A stretch of 64,000 bases of DNA, from the NCBI GenBank assembly GCA_028826165.1, contig JAPDFW010000117.1, positions 62,001 to 126,000 on the forward strand, given 5' to 3'. The stretch's first letter is position 1; each line of letters opens with the position of its first letter. A model generated the notes under the pieces. That model was given only the letters and a program-made list of their open reading frames with translations. It had not been told where the DNA came from and did not search any database. A program made the translations under genes and the position numbers. Source of the DNA: Anaeramoeba ignava BMAN (lineage: Eukaryota > Protista > Anaeramoebae). This document shows positions 1 to 13,400 of the stretch, one piece after another.

Positions 1-860
1 CTGAAATCAAATCATCTTTATTTGAAAATGATGATAATATTCTTGAATTTTCTGTTGGATATTTACATACTTTGATTTTAACTTCAAAAGGAAAATTAAT
101 TGGATTTGGAAATAATAATTTTGGTGAATTAGGAATTGAAGACATTGAAAAAATACAAACAATTCCAATTCAAATTGAACTTCCTAAATTAAGATTTAAT
201 GAAGATATTTCTAATTATCATATTTCTTGTGGAGATTCCAATTCATTTCTTTATTATTCTCCTTTTCTTTCTTCTTTTTCCAATCTTGAAGAAGATTTGA
301 TAAAACTATTTAGAAGAAAAGAATTTTGTGATATTTCATTTAAAACCGAAAATGGAGAAATAATTGAAGCTCATAAATTAATATTAAAATATAGATTAAA
401 TCAAAAAAATGAAAATCAAATTGAAAAACTCCAAGAAATTATTTCAAAAAAATCAATTAAAGAATCAAATCAAATATTTGAAATGATTTATTCAAACAGA
501 ATAATAAATCCAAAATTATATTTTGAAATTAAAGAAATTATAAATCCAAATGAAAAAATTGAAGAAACAATTAAAAGAATTTATTTAAATGAAAATGAAA
601 ATGAAAAAGATTTTATAATTGAAAGAAAAGAAAAACAATATAAATTTCCAAAATTAATATTAATAATGAGAAGTGAATTATATCGAGGAATGTTTTTATC
701 TGTAACAAAAAATACTTCTAATAAAGTTACAGATTATAGTGAATTAAGTAATAAATCATTCCAAATATTTGAATATTGGATTTATTCAAATCAAATTAAA
801 GAAGGAATTCAAATTACACAAGAAATTATTGATAAAATTAAAATTCTAAAAATAAATTGA
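1..860 (+). CDS. RCC1-repeat + tandem BTB-like domain protein (5'-partial; begins before the window)
   Basis: Frame is open from position 3 (EIKSSLFENDDNILEFSVGYLHTLILTSKGKLIGFGNNNFGELG = RCC1 repeat; ISCGDSNSF). BTB-like motifs FCDISF..IEAHKLILKYR and KDFII..FPKLILIMRSELYRGMF follow. Stop at 858-860; the C-terminus may be slightly truncated. Confidence 0.85.
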   Translation, partial: EIKSSLFENDDNILEFSVGYLHTLILTSKGKLIGFGNNNFGELGIEDIEKIQTIPIQIELPKLRFNEDISNYHISCGDSNSFLYYSPFLSSFSNLEEDLIKLFRRKEFCDISFKTENGEIIEAHKLILKYRLNQKNENQIEKLQEIISKKSIKESNQIFEMIYSNRIINPKLYFEIKEIINPNEKIEETIKRIYLNENENEKDFIIERKEKQYKFPKLILIMRSELYRGMFLSVTKNTSNKVTDYSELSNKSFQIFEYWIYSNQIKEGIQITQEIIDKIKILKIN

Positions 861-900
861 TTTTATTTTTAAAATTTATTAAAGAAAATCAAAATCTTCT

Positions 901-3900
901 TTACAAATTAAATTGATTTTGATTTTGATTTTGATTTTGATTTTGATTTTGATTTTGATTTTGATTTTGATTTTGATTTTGATTTTCTATGATTGAATCT
1001 TCTTGATTAATTAATTCTTCAGAAAAAAATTGAAAAAAAATATCATTTGCAAGTTGAGAAATTTTTGAATTTTGATGATTAAGAAGATTTTCAAGTTTTT
1101 GAACGAGATTTGCTTCTTCAAAAAGAAAAGCTATTTCATTAATAGAAGAATCAGTAATAAAATCACCAATTGATAACATTTTTGAAATTCCTTCTAAAAT
1201 AATTTGAATCAAAACAGGATCATTTGAATCAAGTAAATCAACATAAGGAGAAGCGCCATTATTTTTAAGAAAATCCTTGACGCCTAAAATATTTCGATAG
1301 TAAGCAAGATAAGAAATTGCCCAAGCTGCTTCTTTCTTTGTTTTGAATTCATCTGTTTTCATAATTGCAACTAAAATTGGAATTGCTCCATTTTGTATCA
1401 CTTCATTTTGTTGTGATTCAGTTCCTGCGCAAATGTTTGATATTGCCCAACATGCATTGTTTCTTTCAATTTCGTATGAACTTGTTAACATTTTTACAAG
1501 TGCTGGTATTGCTTTTTTTTCGATTACATATTCTGAAATTTTATCATTTCCGCTGAGAAGATTTGCAATTATTTTCAATGATGGTATATGGAGTGATTGA
1601 TTTTTATGACTAACAAAAATAAAATATTTAAAATAAATATTTAAAATAAATATTTAAAATAAAATATTCAAAATAAATATTCAAAATAAAATATTCAAAA
1701 AAATATTTAAAATAAATATTTAAAATAAAATAAAAATAAATATTCAAAATAAATATTCAAAAATAAATATTTAAAATAAAATATTTAAAAATATTCAAAA
1801 TAAATATCCAAAATAAATATTCAAAATTTAAATATTCAAAATAAATATTCAAAATAAATATTCAAAAAAAATCCAAAAATAAAAATAAATATTTAAAATA
1901 AATATTCAAAATAAATATTCAAAATAAATATTCAAAATCAAAAAAAAATTTATAAAAAAAATATTTCAAAAATATCAAAATCCAAAAAAATAAATATTCA
2001 AAATAAAAAAATTAAATTTAAAATAAAATATTAAAAAAAATAAAATATTCAAAATAAAATTTCCAAAATATTTTATTCAAAATAAATATAAAATAAAATA
2101 AAAAAATATAAAAATTTTAAATAAATATAAAAAATAAATATTTAAAATAAATATTCAAAATAAATATTTCAAAAATAAATAATAAAATATTCAAAATAAA
2201 TAGGAAAAATAAAAAAATAAATATTTAAAATAAATAAATAAAATTCAAAAATAAATATTCAAAAAATATTCAAAATAAATATTTAAAAAAATAAAATAAA
2301 AATATTCAAAAATAAATATCAAAAATAAATATTTTAAAATATTCAAAAAATAAATATTCAAAATAAATCCAAAAAAAAATAAATATTCAAAATAAAATAA
2401 ATATCAAAATTTTTCTAAAATAAATATTTTAAAAAAATAAAATAAATATTCAAAAAAATAAATAAATATTCAAAATAAATATTTTAGTAAGAAATATTCC
2501 AAAATAAATATTCAAAATAAAATAAAAATAAATATTCAAAATAAATAAAAAAATAAATATTCAAATATTAAAATAAAATAAATATTTTAAAATAAAATAT
2601 TCAAAATAAAAAAAATAAATATTTAAAATAAATATTTTAAAATAAAATTTAAAATAAAATAAAATATTTAAAAATAAAAAATATTTAAAAAAAATATTCA
2701 AAATAAATATTTTAAAATAAAAGCAAAAAAATATCCAAAATAAATATTTAAAATAAAAATAAAATATTTAAAAATAAATATTCAAAATAAATATTCAAAA
2801 AAATAAATTCAAAATAAATATTCAAAATAAAATATTTCAAAATAAATATTCAAAATAAATATTTAAAATAAAATATCCAAAAATAAAAATTCCAAAATAA
2901 AATATTTAAAATAAAAATATTCAAAAATAAAATATTCAAAATAAATATTTAAAATTTCAAAATATATTTAAAATAAAATATTTTAAAATAAAAATATTTA
3001 AAATAAAATATTTAAAATAAATCCAAAATAAATAAAAATATCCAAAAAAAAATATTTAAAATAAAAAAAAATTCAAAATAAAATCAAAATAAAATATTTA
3101 AAAAAATATTCAAAAAATTAAATATTTAAAAAAAAAATATCCAAAAATAAAAATATAAAAAAAAATTTAAATATAAAATAAATATTTAAAATAAATATTC
3201 AAAAATAAAATATTTAAAAAATATCCAAATAAATATTTTTAAAAATAAATATTCAAAAATAAATATTTTTTAAAATAAAATAAATTAAAATAAATATTCA
3301 AAATAAAATAAAATTAAAATATTTTAAAATAAATATTTAAAATAAAATATTAAAAAAATATTATCCAAAATAATATATTAAAAAAAATATTCAAAAAAAA
3401 TAAAAATAAAATTTTAAAAAAATATTTTAAAATATTTAAAATAAATATTTAAAATATTTAAAATAAATATTTAAAATAAAATATCCAAAATAAAATATAT
3501 TTGATACGTGAAATAATTAATTAAACTTTCACAAATATTCATTCCTATAATTTCTTGTTGATATTTTTCATCTCCTCTACTTAAATAAGAAAAAGCCCAT
3601 AAAACATCATGAACAATTTCTTCCGAATTAATATAAAGAAGTTTTGATAAAATAGGAAAAAGAGGTTTAACATATTCAAAAGCAGGAATTGGTAAATCTC
3701 TTAATAAAATTGATAAAGACCAAGTGCAATTTCTTATTGTTTTTAAATTTTCCAAAGTTGTAATTATTTTAATGATTGAAGAAATAATATCTGCCTCAAT
3801 AATTTCATTTCTATATTTTATATGATCACTTGCTATATTTCCAATTGCCCAAATACACTAAAATTTATTATTACTTTTTTATTTAAATTTTTTATTTATT

Positions 3901-4611
3901 TTTTCTATTTAATTTTTTTACTTGATCTAAAACAAATTCTGATTCGGAATTTTTTATAATGTTACAAAGAATTGGAATAACTCCAATTTCCACTATTTTT
4001 TCTGTTTGTTCATGTGTTCCACTTGTGATATTTGTTATACACCATGCAGCTTCAAGCTAATTTCAAATTAAAAATTAAATTAAATAAAAATCGGAAAAAA
4101 AAATTTTTTATTTTGATTTTTTTTTACTTGAAATTGTGGATCATTTTCTTGTAAAAAATATAAAATTATTGGAAGACCTCCTGAACTAATAAATTCATCA
4201 ATTGGAAGATAAAAATTCCAAGATAAAAGTGCACGAATTTCAACTAATAAAGAATATTTATTTTCATGAGAATTTTCAAATTGATTAAAAATTTCTTGAA
4301 ATTTCTTTTTCTATTATTTTTTTTGAATTTGAATTTTAATTTGAATTTTAATTTTAATTTTAATAATTTTATTGGAAAATTACAATTGATTCTGAATCAA
4401 CTTCTTGATTTAAAGAAAAAGAAAACTGTTCATTTAATTTTTCATCTTCATTTTCATTTAAATTTAAATTTCTTCTTTTGAGTAATTGGTTTTCTTTTTT
4501 GTTTTTACTTAATTGTTGAGCATAAGAGAATCTTTTATCTCTTGCTTGTTCAAAATCAATTTTTTGTTTATATTTTGATTTTCTTGATGTAATTCTTTTT
4601 GAATAAGACAT
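901..4611 (-). CDS. KPNA/SRP1: Importin subunit alpha (karyopherin alpha), 5 exons: 4611-4384, 4310-4128, 4056-3922, 3857-3508, 1609-901
   Basis: N-terminal IBB domain (RKSKYKQKIDFEQARDKR..LSKNKKENQLLKRRN) and ARM repeats (LEAAWCITNITSGT, CIWAIGNIASD, RNCTWSLS, NACWAISNICAGT, KKEAAWAISY). All introns are GT-AG and join in frame. Confidence 0.93.
1620..3500. repeat. Degenerate ~12-13 bp satellite (AAAATAAATATTY) filling the 1.9 kb importin-alpha intron
   Basis: Repeated aaataaatattca/ttta units between acceptor 1610 and donor 3507. Confidence 0.9.
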
Positions 4612-4680
4612 TTTAAAAAAAAATGAAAAATGAAAAATGAAAAAATAATTTTTCATTTTTTTCTTAATTTTAAAAAAAAT
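4612..4680. promoter_or_regulatory. 69-bp bidirectional promoter with Inr-like TCATTTT motifs on both strands
   Basis: Divergent ATGs at 4611(-) and 4681(+). AAAATGAAAA occurs three times (sense TTTTCATTTT for the - gene), and TTTCATTTTT lies at 4651-4660 for the + gene. Confidence 0.6.
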
Positions 4681-6289
4681 ATGAATAACTCAACAAACTC
4701 TTTTCAAGAAATTTTAGAATCAATTCAAAAAACAGGAAAATTTTCAGATGTAAAAATAGTCGTTGGAGAAGAAAAAAAAATATTTCAATCACATCAATTA
4801 ATTCTTGCAGTTAATTCACTTTATTTTAAGAAATTATTTTATGGAGCTTCATGGAAAGAAGTTCATGATAAAAAAATACCAGAAATCGAACTTCCAGGAA
4901 TAGAATCATCAATATTTCAATTGATTTTAACTTTTATATACACAAGAAAAATAGAATTTTTTGATTCGCAAGTTCTTTTTAAAATTCTACAAGCTGCTGA
5001 TTATTTACTAATTGATTCACTAAAAGAAAAATGTGAACAAATTCTTTTGGAAAATTTGGATCATGAAAATTTTTTCTCTTTATTTTTCTTGGCAAAGGTT
5101 TATGAACTCAAACAACTAGAAAAGGAAATTAAAAAAATATTTGAATCAAGATTTGATTTTTTTCAAACAGAAAAAATTCCTTCTGATTTGTCAGTATTTG
5201 AAATGAAAAGGATTCTTGAAATATCACTTTTTATGGCTCCAGAAATTGAAATTTGGAAATTTTTTTTGAATTGGTGGAAAAATTTTGCTAAAAAAAAAGA
5301 TGAAGATTTAAAAATGCTTTTGAAACTTATTAGATTTGATATTATGAATGAAAAAGAGTTAGGAATTGTTATGGAATCCAATATAATTCCTGAACATTTT
5401 TTTGATAATTTCAAGAAGAGGGAAAATATAAATGATTGGCAGAATGTTTCAAGAAGAAGAACGAAAAAATTATCAGATGATGAAGTGATTTAAATTAAAA
5501 TTCATTTATAAAATTAAAATTTATTTATAAAATTAAAATTTATTTATAAAATTAAAATTTATTTATAAAATTAAAATTTATTTATAAAATTAAAATTTTA
5601 AAAAGATTAAAGTATTAATAACTGCTGCAGATGATTCAACTGAATATATAAACGAAACAATACGATTTGTGAAAAATAACTCAATAAAAAATGTAGATTC
5701 TTTAGTTGTTAGAAATGAATTACCAAGTCTTGAAACAATGTGTAATTATGATGTAATTTACACATATTCACGATTTAGTCAATATAAAGATCCAAAAATT
5801 TGGGGAAATCGATTAGTAGAATATTTAAAAAATGGGGGAAACATAGTGATTTCATCAAGAAACTCACTTAGACTTGATAGTCAATATCATTTAAAAGGAA
5901 AAATAGCAAAAAACAAGTATTTACCTTTAACAATTTCAAAAAGCGTTACTCATCGAAAATCATATTTATCCAAATTTGATGAAAATCATCCTTTGATGGA
6001 AAATGTGAGAACTTTTGATGGTGGAATTGGATCTTTTCATGTCTCAGGTGTTCCTACTGAAGATACAACAGTTGTTGCTTGGTGGGATGATGATTCTCCT
6101 CTTGTTTCGTTCAAAAGAGTCCCCCTAAAAGGTGTTGTTGTCGCTTTAAATATGTTTGCCGTTTCAGATGAAGTTGGTCCTAATTGTTGGGATATTAAAA
6201 CTGATGGTGGTTTTCTTATTTCAAATACTGTTCGATTTGCTGCAAATTATTTTTTTTATGAAAACAAAGATTATTTACAAAAATTTTGA
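4681..6289 (+). CDS. BTB/POZ-BACK protein with C-terminal class-I-GATase-like (flavodoxin-like) domain; exons 4681-5484, 5606-6289
   Basis: BTB: FSDVKIVVG..FQSHQLILAVNSLYFKKLFYG..FQLILTFIYT..ILQAADYLLIDSLKEKC. BACK: PEIEIWKF..LIRFDIM. Exon 2 reads IKVLITAADD..YDVIYTYS..GNRLVEYLKNGGNIVI..HPLMENV..VVAWWDDDSPLV. Phase-0 GT-AG intron 5485-5605. Confidence 0.85.
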
Positions 6290-6415
6290 AAAAGAAATTT
6301 TTTTTTTTTGATTTTAGTTTTTAAAAAAAAATTTTAAAAAAAGATTTTTTTCATTTTTTCTTCTTTTCTTCTTTCTTTTCTTCTTTTTTCTTTATCTTTT
6401 TATTTTTTAAAGAGA

Positions 6416-9400
6416 ATGACAGATGTTATAAGATTTCCTATTGAAAGAAGTGCTTATAAACTTTTAGATAAAATTGGATCTGGAGCAACTTCAACAGTTA
6501 GTTTTAAATTTATTTATAAAATCAACAAAGAAAATCAACAAATAAAATTAAATTAAATTTATTTATAAAATCAACTTAAATTTATTTATAAAATCAACAA
6601 ATAAAATCAACAAATAAAATTAAATTAAATTAAATTTATTTATAAAATTAAATTAAATTTATTTATAAAATCAAGAAAGAAAATTAAATTAAATTTATTT
6701 ATAAAATCAACAAATAATCAAATTAAATTTATTTATAAAATCAAATTAAATTTATTTATAAAATCAACAAAAGAAATCAACAAGAAAATCAAATTAAATT
6801 TATTTATAAAATCAAATTAAATTTATTTATAAAATTAAATTTATTTATAAAATTAAATTAAATTTATTTATAAAATCAAATTAAATTTATTTATAAAATC
6901 AAATTAAATTTATTTATAAAATCAAATTAAATTTATTTATAAAACCAAATTAAATTTATTTATAAAATTAAATTAAATTTATTTATAAAATCAAATAAAA
7001 TTTATTTATAAAAATTAAATTAAATTTATTTATAAAATTAAATTAAATTTATTTATAAAATCAAATTAAATTTATTTATAAAATCAAATTAAATTTATTT
7101 ATAAAATCAATTAAAATAAAAATCAAAAAAAAATCATTATTCTTTATTTTTCTTTTTAAATTTTTTTTTTAAAAAAATATGGAGAAATTTATGTATTAAA
7201 TTTAGAAAAAAAGTTGCAGTTAAATTTTATTTATTTAGAATTAAATGATTCAAATGTCAAGTTTTCAATTTATTTTCAAAATTGGAAATTAAATTTAATC
7301 ATAAAATATTGTTCCTTGTTGATGAAACTTGTATTTAAATTAAATTTATTTATATAAAATCAACAAGAAAATCAAATTAAATTTATTTATAAAATTAAAT
7401 TTATTTATAAAATTAAATTCCAAAAATTTATCATTATTCTTTTTTTTCTTTTCTTTTTCTTTTTCTTTTTAAAAAGGTATGGAGAGCTTTATGTATTCCT
7501 TTAGAAAAAGAAGTTGCAGTTAAAATTATTGATTTAGAACAAATGAAAGTTCAAATGTCAAGTTTATCACAAGAAATTCAAAATTGGAAACTATGTAATC
7601 ATCCTAATATTGTTCCATTTTATTGTTCTTTTGTTGATGAAACTTGTATTTGGTTAGTTATGGAATATCTCTCTGCAGGTATAAAAATAATCAAAATATA
7701 AAATATTATTTAAATTATTATTTAAAATATTATTTAAAATATTATTTAAAATATTATTTAAAATATTATATTAAAATTATTATTTAAAATATTATTTAAA
7801 ATATTATTTAAAATATTATTTAAAATATTATTTAAATTATTATTTAAATTATTATATAAAATATTATTTAAAATATTATTTAAAATATTATTTAAAATAT
7901 TATATAAAATATTATTTAAAATATTATTTAAAATATTATTTAAAATATTATTTAAAATATTATTTTAAAATTATTATTTAAAAAATATTATTTTATTATT
8001 TAAAAATTATTTAAAAAAATATTTAAAATATTATTTAAAATATTATTTAAAAATATTATTTAAAATATTATTAAAAAAAAATATTATTTTAAATTATTAT
8101 TTAAAATTATTATTTAAAATATTATTTAAATTATTATTTAAAATATTATTTTAAAAATTATTATTAAAAATATTATTTAAAATATTATATAAAATATTAT
8201 TTAAAATATTATATAAAATATTATTTAAAATATTATTTAAAAATATTATATAAAATATTATTTTAAAAATTATTAAAATTATTATTTAAAATATTATTTA
8301 AAATATTATTTAAAATATAAAATATTATTTAAAATATTATTAAAAATATTATTTAAAAATATTATTTAAATTATTTAAAATATTATTTAAAATATTATTT
8401 AAATTATTATTTAAAATATTATTTAAAATATTATATAAAATATTATATAAAAATATTATTTAAATTATTATTTAAAATATTATTTAAATTATTATTTAAA
8501 TTATTATTTAAATTATTATTTAAATTATTATAAAAATTATATATTAAATTATTATATTAAATATTATTTAAAAATTATTTTATTATATTTAAAAATATTA
8601 TTTAAAATATTATAAATATTATATAAAATATTATTTAAAATTATTATATAAAAATATTATTTAAAATATTATATAAATTATTATAAAATATTATTTAAAA
8701 TATTATTTAAATTATTATTTAAAATATTATATAAAATATTATATATAAAATATTATTTAAAATATTATTTAAAATATTATTTTAAATTATTATATAAAAT
8801 ATTATTAAAAATTATTTAAAAATTATTATTTAAAATATTATTTAAAATATTATTTAAAATATTATTTAAATTATTATTTAAATTATTATTTAAATTATTA
8901 TTTAAAATATTATTTAAATTATTATTTAAATTATTATTTAAAATATTATATAAAATATTATATAAAATATTATATAAAATATTATTTAAATTATTATTTA
9001 AAATATTATTTAAAATATTATTTAAAATATTATTTAAATTATTATTTAAATTATTTTAATATTATTTAAAAAAATAGGAAGTTGTCATGGAATTTTAGCT
9101 CATTCTTATCCTAATGGATTTAGAGATGAAAAATTAATAGCAACAATTTTAAGAGATATTTTAAAAGGAATTACATATCTTCATGAAAACGGACAAATTC
9201 ATCGAGATATTAAAGCAGGAAATATTTTAATGAGTTCAAATGGTGAAATTAAACTTGCAGATTTTGGAGTAAGTGGTTCTCTTTATGAACATGGAAAAGC
9301 TCGTGATGGAGTTCGTACTTTTGTTGGAACACCTTGTTGGATGAGTCCTGAAGTTATTACTGGATTGAAATTTCAACAAGGTTATAATGAAAAAGCTGAT

Positions 9401-10303
9401 ATTTGGTCTTTTGGTATAACTGCTTTGGAACTTGCTTATGGAAAACCTCCTTATCTTCAATTTCCTGCAATGAAAGTATGTCAGGCAAAAAAAAGAAAAA
9501 AAAAAAAGTGGAACAAATTTTCATTCCAAAAAAATTTTTTGCTTTTTTTTAATTTCTTTTGTTTTTAGGTTCTTTTAATGATTGTTCAAAATCCTTCTCC
9601 TGTTCTTACTGAAGAATTTTCTCGTCCTTTTAGAAATCTTATTTCTTTATGTTTACAGAAAAATCCAGAAAAAAGACCATCAGCAAAGAAATTATTAAGC
9701 CATAAATTTTTTAAACAGGCAAAAAAATCTTCTTATTTAGTTAGTTCTTTACTTTCTTCACTTCCATCACTTTTGGATAGAAATCAAAAATCAATTATGG
9801 AAAAATTTCAAAATTTAGTAAATGGACAAATTAATTCAAAACAACCAAATGAAATTTTAAATGAAAATAATCAAAATCAAAATCAAAATCAAAATCAAAA
9901 TCAAAATCAAAATCAAAATCAAAATCAAAATCAAAATCAAAATCAAAATCAAAACCAAAATCAAAATCAAAATCAAAATCAAAATGAAAAAATTCCAAAA
10001 AATCGTCTTGTTGAAATTAAAAGTAATTTTGATGAAGAAAACTTAATTAGTTGGGATGAAGTTAAATTTGATTTGGATTCAATTAAATCTTCAGAACAAG
10101 ATGAAGATGTTGATACAATTTCTTTTTTTGATGAAGTAACTGATTCTCCTCAAGTTCAAAAACAAAATACTAAAACTGAAGAAACTCCAAGAAAATTTAT
10201 TGTGAGAAAAGTTGACAAAGAATCAAGAGTAAAAAGTAGAGGAGAACAAGATTTAAAAACTCAATTATCACCAAAACCTCCTCCAAAAAAAGATTACTTA
10301 TAA
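6416..10303 (+). CDS. STE20-family Ser/Thr kinase, OSR1/SPAK(Fray)-like; exons 6416-6496, 7477-7678, 9078-9475, 9569-10303
   Basis: [78 protein letters not shown]. Introns splice in frame. Confidence 0.92.
6500..7420. repeat. ~22 bp satellite (AAATTAAATTTATTTATAAAATY) in kinase intron 1; related unit in the BTB intron 5490-5600
   Basis: Directly visible tandem units. Confidence 0.85.
7690..9070. repeat. ~12-13 bp satellite (AAAATATTATTT) in kinase intron 2
   Basis: Directly visible tandem units. Confidence 0.9.
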
Positions 10304-10410
10304 TTGAAATGATTCAGTTTTTTTTTTTCTTCTAATTGATTTCACAATTCATTTTATTTTCAAATCAATAAAAAAGAAAAATATTTCCTATTTTTTGTTT
10401 GTTTCTCTTT

Positions 10411-13400
10411 TCAAATAAATTCAAATCTTTTTCTAATCCAAGTAAATACTTTGTATTTCTTTTTTCTAACAGAATTAGCATCAGGAATTAATTTTTTGAA
10501 ATTTGATTGATCCAATTCAAATATTTCATTTGATTTAATTTTTTTTGGAATAAAATTGTTTTTGATTGATTCTTTTATTTTTGAAAATTGTTCAGAATCT
10601 TTTTTTCTCCAAGGTTTCATTTTTTCAATATCATTAATAATTTGTTTTGTAATTGTTTCTAAATAATTAGAATTAGAATTAGATTTAGATTTTTTTGGTA
10701 AAACATAGCAAATATATTGAGTTGATTCTTGAAAATTTGTTAAATCTTCTACAGTTGGTTTTATATTAAAAATTCTTAAATGTTCATATAAAATATAACC
10801 AAGAAAATCGTAATATTGGTCGATTTTCTTGTATGTTAATTTGATTCTGCATAAACATACAATAAAATTTTTTAAACTGCTTCTTTTAATTGATTTGATT
10901 GATTTTACTAACTAGAATTTTTAAATAAATTAATAAATAAATTTTTAAATAAATTTTTAAATAAATTTTTAAATAAATTTTTAAATCAATTTTTAAATCA
11001 ATTTTTAAATAAATTTTAAATAAATTTTTAAATCAATCTTTAAATCAATTTTTAAATCAATTTTAAATAAATTTTTAAATGAATTTTTAAATAAATTTTC
11101 AAATCAATTTTTAAATCAATTTTTAAATCAATTTTTAAATAAATTTTCAAATAAATTTTAAATAAATTTTTAAATCAATTTTTAAATAAATTTTTAAATA
11201 AATTTTTAAATCAATTTTTAAATCAATTAATAAATAAATTTTTAAATAAATTTTTAAATCAATTTTTAAATGAATTTTTAAATGAATTTTTAAATAAATT
11301 TTTAAATGAATTTTTAAATAAATTTTTAAATAAATTATTAAATAAATTTTTAAATAAATTTTTAAATCAATTTTTAAATAAATTTTTAAATAAATTTTTA
11401 AATAAATTTTTAAATAAATTTTTAAATAAATTTTTAAATAAATTTTTAAATCAATTTTTAAATAAATTTTTAAATGAATTTTTAAATAAATTTTTAAATG
11501 AATTTTTAAATAAATTTTTAAATAAATTTATAATAAATTTTTAAATAAATTTTTAAATCAAATTTTAAATAAATTATTAAATAAATTTTTAAATCAATTT
11601 TTAAATGAATTTTTAAATCAAATTTTAAATAAATTATTAAATAAATTTTTAAATCAATTTTTAAATAAATTTTTAAATAAAATTTCAAATCAATTTTTAA
11701 ATAAATCTTTAAATGAATTTTTAAATAAATCTTTAAATAAATTTTTAAATCAATTTTTAAATAATTTTTTAAATAAATTTTTAAATAAATTATTAAATAA
11801 ATTTTTAAATCAATTTTTAAATAAATCTTTAAATAAATTTTTAAATCAATTTTTAAATCAATTTTTAAATAAATTTTTAAATCAATTTTTAAATAAATTT
11901 TTAAATCAATTTTTAAATCAATTAATAAATCAATTTTTAAATCAATTTTTAAATAAATTTTTAAATAAATTTTTAAATCAATTTTTAAATGAATTTTAAA
12001 TGAATTTTTAAATAAATTTTTAAATAAATTTTTAAATAAATTTTTAAATAAATTTTTAAATCAATTTTTAAATAAATTTTTAAATGAATTTTTAAATAAA
12101 TTTTCAAATCAATTTTTAAATAAATTTTCAAATCAATTTTTAAATAAATTTTCAAATAAATTAATAATCAAAAATACCAAATTTGAAAGAACTATATATT
12201 CATTCCATTTCTGTTTTAATTTCCTTTCATATTCTTCATAACGTTCTTCTTGATCATCATTCAATTCTGAATATGAAAATAATAATCTTTGATTATCTGA
12301 ATATTCTTGAAGATCAAAGGAAAAAGTTCGAAAAAATTCATTCTCCATTTTTTGGATTTCTCTTTGGGAAATCCACCAAGTCATAAAATTAGTATTATTT
12401 TGACTCATAACAAAATGAGGAAAACTTTTCAACATTATATCATTATCAGGATTTTCTTTTGAATAAGCAATATCTTGCAAAATTTCCTTCTTCTTTTTTT
12501 CAATCATTGATTCAATATCCTTCATTTGAATTGTACTTTCCTTGTCCAAATTCCATTCAGATAATTTTTTTCTAAAATCCTCATTTTCATACTTAATTTT
12601 TTGGAAAATTTGAGGAGGAATTTTGGAAATTAAAAAATCCAAATCCCAATAAAAAACGTTATTTTTCTCCATTTTTTCTTTGTGTGGATTTTGCTCTTCA
12701 AATTCTATTCTTCGATATATCAAAACACAAGCCTGTTTGAAATTGTTGACCTTTCCTTGGCCATCCTGAAATACTTGTTCTCGTGATACTTGAAAGACTC
12801 TTGAGTCATTAAATTGAATCCATTGATTTGTATCACATTGTTGAATGTAAAGATAATAATGACCTTCATTAATTTCATATCCTTCATGAATAACAACTGC
12901 AAAAAGCTTGTATGAAAGCTCGTTTCCTTTATTTTTATTTCGTATTTCCAGAACTTCCTTTTCATGAATAATTTCCTGAATTTCTTGAAGTTGTTCTTCT
13001 TTTTTTCTCAAGAAATCAATATGTTGTTTTGAATTTTCATCATTTTCATTTTCCAAATAATATATCATATCATTGAAGAGTTGTTTTATTGGTGTTTTGA
13101 TAGTATTTGAAGAGAATAACGAGGGGTGTTTTTTCTTTATTTCACGAAGTCGTGATTCAATTTTTTCTTCTAGTATTTTTGCTTTTTCATTATTTTTTGT
13201 TTTTTTCTTTTCTTGGAATGGATCCATATAAATAATATCTTCAAAATGAAAAGGACGGGAATCCTTTTTCGATTTTTGTTCCGTTTTATCATATTGTACT
13301 CTCATAATATTAAAGATTAAAATTTTGGGGAATTTTTGGAAAATTGTAGTTTTTTTTGCTTTTTGTGTTTGATATTTTTCTTCCTCTGATTTTTGATAAA

